From an uncultured Candidatus Saccharibacteria bacterium (GTDB lineage Bacteria; Patescibacteriota; Minisyncoccia; Phycocordibacterales; UBA918): DNA of 64,000 bases. Position 1 is the stretch's first letter, and the number at the start of each line of letters is the position of its first letter. The position numbers and the translations under genes are program-made. Where the stretch lies: the NCBI GenBank assembly GCA_964399295.1, contig CAYNQD010000001.1, positions 335,672-399,671 on the forward strand, written 5' to 3'. A model generated the notes under the pieces. The model was not told the DNA's origin, searched no databases, and was given only the letters and a program-made list of their open reading frames with translations. This document shows positions 56,823-64,000 of the stretch, one piece after another.

Positions 56823-57250
56823 TTAAAGGGGTGTTTGTAGCATTTAAGCCGAATTCTGTCCAAGTTAACTTGGGGTGATCATATACCTAGGATGATTGTT
56901 GCCAATCACCTCATGCGGCTCTTCCCGCCCCGCTTTCTTACTCTTTTTCTGTTAAGAAAAACTTTTGCTAAAGAGTAAGAAAGCGGGGCGGGACACGGCC
57001 TTGCACACAAGTAAGGATTTTGCCGTTTCAACCGGCATGTTGCCATACCGACTATTCCCAAGGGGAATTCCCTTGCTTTCGCTTAAGACGTCTCTGCTCG
57101 CACCTCTGTATCATTTCTGATACGACGGGCGTTACCCGCTACCTGGCTCTGTATTTCTACAGGTGTGTTCGGACTTTCCTCCCCACTATGTAAATAATGA
57201 GGCGATCACCATGCCTCGTCATTATGTCACATAAAATGTTTTTTGCAAAA
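56823..57250 (-). ncRNA. rnpB: RNase P RNA (bacterial type A-like); ends approximate (+/- 30 nt)
   Basis: Minus-strand P4 5' strand GGAGGAAAGTCCGAAC and P4 3' strand ACAGAATTCGGCTTA with compensatory changes. CR-II-like GGTAACGCC. GTGCAAGGCC element. P3-like hairpin. Long internal hairpin cccgccccgctttcttactc...gagtaagaaagcggggcggg. Confidence 0.75.
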
Positions 57251-57308
57251 ACCTTTAAGCCACTGCGCACTTGCCTTTACCACCTATTTCTGCTAACATT
57301 GTCCGCAC

Positions 57309-57548
57309 ATGGAAACCATACAGACAGTGCAACCGGCATTGCCATACGTTCAGATAATTCTCTCCGTTTTGCTTATTGCTGGAATATTACTCCAACAACG
57401 AGGTTCAAGCTTAGGTGGAGCGTTTGGTGGTGACAACTTTAGCTCGGCGTTTCATAAACGTCGCGGTGCGGAACTATTCCTATTTCAATTTTCAGTTGGA
57501 ATTGCTGTTTTGTTTGTGATTGCTACTTTCTTGAATATTGTTGTTTAA
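57309..57548 (+). CDS. secG: preprotein translocase subunit SecG
   Basis: ILLQQRGSSLGGAFGG signature, second TM helix. 79 aa. Confidence 0.8.
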   Translation: METIQTVQPALPYVQIILSVLLIAGILLQQRGSSLGGAFGGDNFSSAFHKRRGAELFLFQFSVGIAVLFVIATFLNIVV

Positions 57549-57640
57549 GAGCATTCCACGTAACTTTATTAACAAAAGTTATTTTCTTAACTTAAAACCA
57601 ATTTTGGCTTTGCCCGGATTGTGTATTTTACACAAATAAT

Positions 57641-59377
57641 ATGCGCACTCGTTTTGAACGTTATTCACTAATCGACAGGCTATTTAACCTCATTGAAAGA
57701 CAGCGTCCCAGCGATCGGCTTATTATGAGAGCGTTGTTTTTTGCCATGATTGGAGCTGGTATTTTTCTTATCTTATCTCTAAATAATAGCTATAGTATTA
57801 CCGTACCGACCAAAGGAGGACAAATAGTAGAAGGTATAGTTGGTATACCTAGGTTTGTTAATCCGGCTCTAGCTATCACCCGAGCCGACCAAGACACCAC
57901 CGCCTTGATCTACAGCGGCCTCATGAAAATTGACAACGAAGGCCAGCTCAAGCCCGACCTGGCTGAAAATATCATCGTTTCCGAAGACGGTCTTACTTAT
58001 CACGTAGCTCTGAAAAAGAATCTGAGTTTCCATGACAACACGCCCCTGACCGCGCGCGATGTCGTCTTTACCATTGGGCTTATAAAAAATCCAGATTTGA
58101 AAAGCCCGCAAAGTGGCAACTGGAACGACGTAACCGTGACCGAAGTCAACGAGTATGAATTGGAAATATCTTTAAATAAGGCGTATTCTCCCTTTATTGA
58201 AAACTTCACTCTAGGTATAATGCCCTACCACATCTGGGGCAATCTCCCCATCGAGCAACTGCCTTTTAGCCAACACAACACAGAACCAATCGGCTCCGGG
58301 CCGTTCAAAATCAGTAGCATAAATCGCGATAGTTCGGGCCTAATAAGCAGCTATGTCTTGAAATACGCCGCCAACAACAGCCAGGAAACGTCTAGCCTAG
58401 ATCAAATTCAACTGCGATTCTACCAGAACGAAGACTCACTTTTTGAAGCTTGGCAGAAAAATGAAGTTACCAATACCGTTTTCCTATCGCCGGAAAAAAT
58501 CGCCAGATTAAACCCCGAGGAAATACAAATAATTTCCGAACCTTTACCCAGAATCTTTGGTATCTTTTTAAATCAAAATCGTTCACCGGCCCTGCGTGAC
58601 AGCGCGGCCAGAAAAGCCCTCAACGCGGCCATCGACAGAGAGCGTATTGTTTCTGAAGTTCTTGGCGGCTACGGTATTCCCACCGACAGACCTATCCTAA
58701 TCCGGACAAATGAGTTAGAATTAGTGGACGCTGATCTAGATAATATATCAACATCTTCACTTAGTACGGCTGGAGAAATATTGATAAAAGGTGGCTGGAC
58801 ACAGAGTGCCGGCGGCTTTTGGGAGAAGGAGATTGATAAATCAACCGAGACCCTTAGTGTCACTATCCGTACCAGTAATTCTGAAGTATTTGATAAAACC
58901 ACAGCTATCATAGCAGATAATTGGCGCAAGCTAGGAGTTGAAGTTCAGATTGAACAATACGAACAAACCGGCCTGGTGCAATCGGTAATCAGAACTCGTG
59001 ATTTTCAAGCTTTGTCGTTTGGTCTTGATATGAATAGAGTGCAAGATTTATACCCTTTCTGGCACTCTTCACAAAAAGATGATCCTGGGCTAAATATTTC
59101 ACAGTACACGAATGTTTCCGTTGACAGGCTGCTGGAAAAAGCCAGAACATCCACCGACAACGCGGAAAGAGAACAGGTTCTGGTAGAGATAAGTGACATA
59201 ATAACCGAAGAAATACCAGCCATATTTTTATTCACACCCAACGTAACCTACGTGGTAAACAAAAATATAAAAATCACGCCCATTAAAAACCCTGGCAAAC
59301 CTTCTGATAGATTCATGAATATTACCAACTGGCATTCAAAAACCGAAACTGTCTGGCCTATTTTTTCAAAACAATAA
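57641..59377 (+). CDS. ABC transporter substrate-binding protein, family 5 (peptide/nickel type)
   Basis: N-terminal anchor. SBP_bac_5 pattern (YSGLMKIDNEGQLKPDLAE...VTYHVALKKNLSFHDNTPLTARDVVFT). Confidence 0.7.
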   Translation: MRTRFERYSLIDRLFNLIERQRPSDRLIMRALFFAMIGAGIFLILSLNNSYSITVPTKGGQIVEGIVGIPRFVNPALAITRADQDTTALIYSGLMKIDNEGQLKPDLAENIIVSEDGLTYHVALKKNLSFHDNTPLTARDVVFTIGLIKNPDLKSPQSGNWNDVTVTEVNEYELEISLNKAYSPFIENFTLGIMPYHIWGNLPIEQLPFSQHNTEPIGSGPFKISSINRDSSGLISSYVLKYAANNSQETSSLDQIQLRFYQNEDSLFEAWQKNEVTNTVFLSPEKIARLNPEEIQIISEPLPRIFGIFLNQNRSPALRDSAARKALNAAIDRERIVSEVLGGYGIPTDRPILIRTNELELVDADLDNISTSSLSTAGEILIKGGWTQSAGGFWEKEIDKSTETLSVTIRTSNSEVFDKTTAIIADNWRKLGVEVQIEQYEQTGLVQSVIRTRDFQALSFGLDMNRVQDLYPFWHSSQKDDPGLNISQYTNVSVDRLLEKARTSTDNAEREQVLVEISDIITEEIPAIFLFTPNVTYVVNKNIKITPIKNPGKPSDRFMNITNWHSKTETVWPIFSKQ

Positions 59378-59387
59378 TTAACAAAAT

Positions 59388-61364
59388 ATGAACAACGAAA
59401 CCCGAACAAACAAACCTTTTCATCGTCAAAGCAATCAAACTAGGCGACAACCCGCTTCTCAAAGCGCTGGTCAAATGCGCCATAGCGGAGCTGCCAGGCC
59501 AAATCACACCACCGGCAAACCATTATCAGGAAACGGCAAACCCAGCTTCAACAAGACAAAGTCCAGTTCTGGCCGAAGCGGCGGACGGCGACATCACCCT
59601 CAAAGAAAACGATCAAACACCTCCCCAGCCCTGACTCACCGTCTAAATATCACTGGTGAAAAGCATCCGGTGTTGCCGGAAATCACGGACGAGGACACAG
59701 TGCGTATTATCCCTGTATCCGGCGTGGAAGAAATCGGCCGCAACATGAATATTATTGAAACTAAAGACGACATCATTGTTATTGATGCTGGTTTCCAATT
59801 TGTATCCGAAGAAAGCAACGCTCCAGGCATCAACTACATTCTGCCAAATACTCAATATCTGGAAGAAAGAAAACACAAGATTCGCGCTTTGGTCATCACT
59901 CACGGACACTTAGATCACATCGGTGGGATTCCTTTCATTATTGAGCGTATCGGCAATCCGCCTATTTACACCCAATACTTGACTTCACTAATGATTTTGA
60001 AACGACAGGAAGAATTTCCACAAATGGAGCCGGTCAAGATGAACGTCATCAGCGAAGGTGAGAGCTTTACCGTTGGTAAAACCAAAATAAAGACCTTTCG
60101 CGTCACTCACTCCATTCCGGATGCCATGGGTGTCTGTGTCGAGACCAAGCACGGTGATGTCGTGATTACCGGCGACATCAAGCTCGTGCACGAAGGAGGA
60201 AAGGTAGTGGTGGAAGAACGCGCCTCTTGGGAAAAGGTTGGGTTAAACAAAAACCTAGCTCTACTTTGTGACTCCACCAACGCTGAGCGAGAAGGTTTTT
60301 CCGCCTCGGAGGCAAAAGTTTATGAGACACTGGAAAATATCATAAAAGCCGCTACTGGCCGCTTGATTATCGGTACCTTCGCTTCACAATTTGACCGCAT
60401 CATCAATATCATCAAAACCTGTGAAAACACCGGCAAGAAAGTGGTGATGGAGGGTAGGAGCATCAAAACCAACGTCGATATCGCCATTACCGCCAAACTG
60501 CTGGAGGTAAAGCCTCATCTCTTTATCAATGCCGGCGATATGGGCGATTATCCAAATGATAAAATAGTTATTTTATCCACTGGAGCTCAGGGTGAAGAAT
60601 TCGCCGCTTTGATGCGTATGGCTACCGACAAACACAAATTTATAACCCTAAACGAAAGAGATACCGTGGTCTTGTCTTCCTCGATCATTCCCGGAAATGA
60701 GATTGCTGTCCAAAGATTAAAAGACAATATTTACCGCAAAAACGTAAAAATTATCAATTACAAAGGTTCACACGTTCACTCTTCAGGACACGGCAACGCC
60801 GGTGAGTTGGTTTGGATACACCAAACTCTCAAGCCTAAGTTTTTGATTCCAGTACACGGATACCACTCACAGCTCAAAAGTCACATGTACGCCGCTATCG
60901 AGAACGGTTTTCCAAAAGAAAATATAACCGTCCCCGACAACGGTACTATCATGGATATCAAAAACGGCACGGAAATGATTCGTCATTCGGTAAAAATTCC
61001 GACCGAACTTCTAATGGTGGATGGATTCACCGTCGGAACCAGACAAGAAGTGGTGCTGCGCGACCGCATGAGCTTGGCGCAAGACGGAATGTTTGTGATT
61101 ATAGCGACCGTAAACAGCAAGACTGGCAAACTGCGAAAATCCCCCGACATTATTTCTCGAGGTTTTATCTACCTGCGCGAAAACCAACAACTACTTTCTG
61201 AAGCTAGAGTTTTGATTAAACGCACAGTGGAAAAGCAGACCGAAAAAATGAATCCGGTTGATCTTGATTACGTAAAAGAACAGCTGACCGATGTCATTAG
61301 CGGATTTTTGATGCAAAAAACTCAAAAAACCCCAATGGTCATTCCTGTCCTCATCGGTATATAA
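59388..61364 (+). CDS. rnj: ribonuclease J (beta-lactamase/beta-CASP) with basic disordered N-terminal extension
   Basis: VITHGHLDHIGGIP motif II, beta-CASP motifs, C-terminal domain. The first ~100 aa are Arg/Ser/Lys-rich low complexity. Confidence 0.8.
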   Translation: MNNETRTNKPFHRQSNQTRRQPASQSAGQMRHSGAARPNHTTGKPLSGNGKPSFNKTKSSSGRSGGRRHHPQRKRSNTSPALTHRLNITGEKHPVLPEITDEDTVRIIPVSGVEEIGRNMNIIETKDDIIVIDAGFQFVSEESNAPGINYILPNTQYLEERKHKIRALVITHGHLDHIGGIPFIIERIGNPPIYTQYLTSLMILKRQEEFPQMEPVKMNVISEGESFTVGKTKIKTFRVTHSIPDAMGVCVETKHGDVVITGDIKLVHEGGKVVVEERASWEKVGLNKNLALLCDSTNAEREGFSASEAKVYETLENIIKAATGRLIIGTFASQFDRIINIIKTCENTGKKVVMEGRSIKTNVDIAITAKLLEVKPHLFINAGDMGDYPNDKIVILSTGAQGEEFAALMRMATDKHKFITLNERDTVVLSSSIIPGNEIAVQRLKDNIYRKNVKIINYKGSHVHSSGHGNAGELVWIHQTLKPKFLIPVHGYHSQLKSHMYAAIENGFPKENITVPDNGTIMDIKNGTEMIRHSVKIPTELLMVDGFTVGTRQEVVLRDRMSLAQDGMFVIIATVNSKTGKLRKSPDIISRGFIYLRENQQLLSEARVLIKRTVEKQTEKMNPVDLDYVKEQLTDVISGFLMQKTQKTPMVIPVLIGI

Positions 61365-61439
61365 AGAAGTTTTCACCAGCAAAATTAAAAGCCCGACTGA
61401 CTATCTAGTACACTACTTAGTAGTGTACTATTTGTTTTT

Positions 61440-62639
61440 ATGGATTATTATCGACATCTCTTTTTAACCGACGGACCAAAGAAAGACATCAGTTTTACGA
61501 TGGTTTATTTGCTGTCGACCATCTTTGCCTTTCAGTCTCTTTTGACAGCTTATTCAAGCTCCACCTATCTGGAACAATTTATAGCCACCAAGTATATAGG
61601 TCTTGTCTATGCCTTGGGCGCGATTGGCGCCATCATTCTTACCATTTTCGCTCCCAATATTTTACGTAAAATTGGTAACGTAAATTTTATTTTATCTTTA
61701 ATGGTCTTGATGTCTGTCCTTTTGGCCATAATCGGCTTGGCTCCAACTCCATTTTTGACCATTGCCGCTTTTATATTATTTTTAATTATCAATCCTCAAG
61801 CTTACCTAAACATTGATATTTTTCTGGAAACCCTAATCGGCACAGACGAACACACTACCGGCAGCAAGCGTGGAATAATTTTAACCTTCATGAGTATCGC
61901 TTCGTTTTTTTCGCCACTAGCTATGGGATATATTATAGGTATAAAAAATAATTTGGCTGATGTTTACTTTGTTTCGGCCGGTATTGGTTTGATTATTATT
62001 ATGTTTATCGTGGCCAAACTAAGACATTTCTACGATCCACCTTATGAAATAATAAAAATCCGCAAACTTCTAACCGGACACATCAATGATATCGACATAA
62101 AAATCGTTTTGTATACGCAGTTTTTGCTACAATTTTTCTATACTTGGGCCATTATTTATTTCCCACTTTACCTGGCTTCCAGTCTCGGCTTTGACTGGGA
62201 AACTATCAGTAAAATAATTGCTGTTGGGTTGTTTGCTTTTGTGATTTTTGAATATCCGATTGGACGCTTGGCGGACGAAAAAATCGGTGAAAAAGAAATG
62301 ATGGCTCTGGGTTTTGTTTTTCTGGCAATATCATCAGCTTGTTTTTCTTTCCTGGACACAAACAGCGTTTTGACGTGGATGATTTTGATATTTCTTACCC
62401 GAGTCGGCGCTAGCTTGGTTGAGGTGACTTCCGAAAGTTATTTTTTCAAAAAAGTCCGTGGTAACGACTCAAACCTAATTAGCTTATTCAGATTAACCCG
62501 CCCGCTGGCCAATCTAGCCGGCGCGATTTTAGGAAGCGTGGTTTTGCTTTTTCTACCTTTCAACTTAATCTTCGTTGTCTTAGGTATAATAATGGTAACT
62601 GGAATTTTTGTAACCACAAAACTCACTGACACTAGATAA
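61440..62639 (+). CDS. MFS-type transporter (12 TM)
   Basis: 12 hydrophobic helices in a 6+6 arrangement with a basic cytoplasmic loop. 399 aa. Confidence 0.65.
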   Translation: MDYYRHLFLTDGPKKDISFTMVYLLSTIFAFQSLLTAYSSSTYLEQFIATKYIGLVYALGAIGAIILTIFAPNILRKIGNVNFILSLMVLMSVLLAIIGLAPTPFLTIAAFILFLIINPQAYLNIDIFLETLIGTDEHTTGSKRGIILTFMSIASFFSPLAMGYIIGIKNNLADVYFVSAGIGLIIIMFIVAKLRHFYDPPYEIIKIRKLLTGHINDIDIKIVLYTQFLLQFFYTWAIIYFPLYLASSLGFDWETISKIIAVGLFAFVIFEYPIGRLADEKIGEKEMMALGFVFLAISSACFSFLDTNSVLTWMILIFLTRVGASLVEVTSESYFFKKVRGNDSNLISLFRLTRPLANLAGAILGSVVLLFLPFNLIFVVLGIIMVTGIFVTTKLTDTR

Positions 62640-62652
62640 CCTATACAGAGAA

Positions 62653-62734
62653 CCCCACAACAAAAACTCACTGTTTGCGAAGGGCGGGAAATTGGGGCGG
62701 TGAGCGAAGCAAACAGTGAGTTTTTGTTGTGGGG
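62653..62734. repeat. perfect 26-bp inverted repeat with 30-nt loop; intact copy of the palindromic repeat family seen at 13992
   Basis: ccccacaacaaaaactcactgtttgc-gaagggcgggaaattggggcggtgagcgaa-gcaaacagtgagtttttgttgtgggg, in a convergent intergenic region. Confidence 0.75.
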
Positions 62735-62767
62735 CGTGAGTTTTAAATAGATGTCTACATTAGTTTT

Positions 62768-63649
62768 TTAACTCACCTGCGTAAAAACCGGACGATACTT
62801 CTGCCAGTCTTTTTTACTAAATTTTTCTTCCAAATACTGCCCCTCAATCTTTCTACCCACGCTTAGAAGAGTCAATGTCTCATCAGCATTGACAGCACTC
62901 ACGTAAACAATCCTCCCTATTCCTTCACTAAAATATTCCATAATGGAGCCGGTTTTTGGCTCGATACCAATATGTATTCCCTTTTGACCTTTTAGTAAGT
63001 TGTGCCAATTACCAGCGGTTCGCGGACGCTCCTCACCCCAAGGCAAAAACCGATTGGAAAGTTTTATTTGATAAGCGATATATTCAACTTCCAGTAAAGG
63101 TAAAAATAAATCCTCCGCGGAAAATTCATCGTCAATCAGCCGGCGTAATTGTTTTGCGGGTTCGCTATGAGATAAATAAATTTCTCCAGCCGTAAATTTG
63201 GGGAAAATTTCATTATAGTTCGTGGTCACTTCATCCTTCAACAAATAACCGCTCTGATTACCTACTTCAACTTTCGCGAAACGCCCTTCATAACCCATAA
63301 CGGCTACTTTGCAGCCATAATTAAGTTTGCGCAAAACGTTGTCAAAAGTCATCATTGGCCTTTGCCACAAGCTGGCTCTTGACGTAAAAACATACCCCAC
63401 TTCACCCACTAAAACATTTTGAATTTTATCCTCCCGAAAGAGCGGTTTTGGGGAGAATGAATCCACCTCAATATCTTCAACATTAAAAATAATATTAGGA
63501 GGCCTTTCGTCCGCCAAGCTATATTTAAACGAGCCAAACAACCTCCCAAATGAGAAATTCCATAAATCCTTAAATACTGCCATTAAGATTTTCATAAATA
63601 CACACGGAACATAAACACCTGACGAAAGGATAATTCCATCATACAACAC
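62768..63649 (-). CDS. hypothetical protein with SH3b-like segment
   Basis: 293 aa. KVAVMGYEGRFAKVEVGNQSGYLLKDEV resembles a bacterial SH3 domain. Start ambiguous (internal ATGs at 63595 and 63583). Confidence 0.4.
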   Translation of the reverse strand: MLYDGIILSSGVYVPCVFMKILMAVFKDLWNFSFGRLFGSFKYSLADERPPNIIFNVEDIEVDSFSPKPLFREDKIQNVLVGEVGYVFTSRASLWQRPMMTFDNVLRKLNYGCKVAVMGYEGRFAKVEVGNQSGYLLKDEVTTNYNEIFPKFTAGEIYLSHSEPAKQLRRLIDDEFSAEDLFLPLLEVEYIAYQIKLSNRFLPWGEERPRTAGNWHNLLKGQKGIHIGIEPKTGSIMEYFSEGIGRIVYVSAVNADETLTLLSVGRKIEGQYLEEKFSKKDWQKYRPVFTQVS

Positions 63650-63669
63650 CAGCTGAAAATAGCGACTTT

Positions 63670-63993
63670 TTAGGACTTAATTAAACGATATAATTGCACG
63701 CTAATTGAACCCAAGGTCATCAACATTATCCCCAGCAATACAATGGCACCAACGACTGGTATGTAGGCCAACGTATGAATCGCCAGCACGCCAAGAACAA
63801 TATAAACCACCGAAACCTCACCCAAACGTGATAAAGGCTTGACCAAAAAGGAACCAGTCACCACGCCAGCAACCACAAAAGTAGTGACCAACAAAGTAAA
63901 CCAGACCAGAAGCAATATCACTCCAAGCAAACTGCCCAAAGTACTAACCAACAGAATAACGGCTGCCACCGGCAAAACAAACAACACAGACAA
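63670..63993 (-). CDS. hypothetical polytopic membrane protein (may extend beyond window end)
   Basis: 107 aa, almost entirely hydrophobic (about 4 TM). Confidence 0.4.
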   Translation of the reverse strand: MSVLFVLPVAAVILLVSTLGSLLGVILLLVWFTLLVTTFVVAGVVTGSFLVKPLSRLGEVSVVYIVLGVLAIHTLAYIPVVGAIVLLGIMLMTLGSISVQLYRLIKS

Positions 63994-64000
63994 GCCAATC

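Overview
This 64-kb window is a gene-dense chromosomal segment with roughly 42-45% GC by eye. Most of it is streamlined housekeeping: groES/groEL, cysteine desulfurase, infB-rbfA, gyrA, rpsA, pth, an ABC-2 exporter pair, lepB, rpsU, ybeY, ftsA-ftsZ, trxB, tsaC/tsaD, valS, prsW, hsp20, lepA, murJ, secG, RNase J, an RNase P RNA and nine tRNA genes. By inference it resembles a Candidate Phyla Radiation (Patescibacteria)-like genome: IF-2 and ValRS are compact, small hypothetical membrane proteins are abundant, and there is a tandem array of four TrbC/VirB2-like pilin-type proteins. No CRISPR array was found. I found no single self-evident novel system; the candidates below are ranked by interest. 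The accessory signals are: (1) a high-GC pyrF-pyrE island beside tRNA-Arg(CCT); (2) an AT-rich fruR-like/fruK-like island flanked by ~32-bp direct repeats, next to tRNA-Glu and a parDE toxin-antitoxin pair; (3) the pilin-like gene array with a solute-binding-protein-like gene and a methyltransferase; (4) a surface-protein locus with a recurring ~25-aa motif and a peptidoglycan-binding domain, preceded by a 580-bp structured intergenic region; (5) a GT4 glycosyltransferase-NUDIX fusion behind an AT-rich spacer; (6) a palindromic ~82-bp intergenic repeat family and several long GC-rich hairpins; (7) a catalytically degenerate HisRS-like protein; (8) rnpB lying immediately upstream, on the same strand, of an O-antigen-ligase/TPR membrane gene. 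All calls rest on reading the sequence and the supplied ORF translations. No database search or computation was run.
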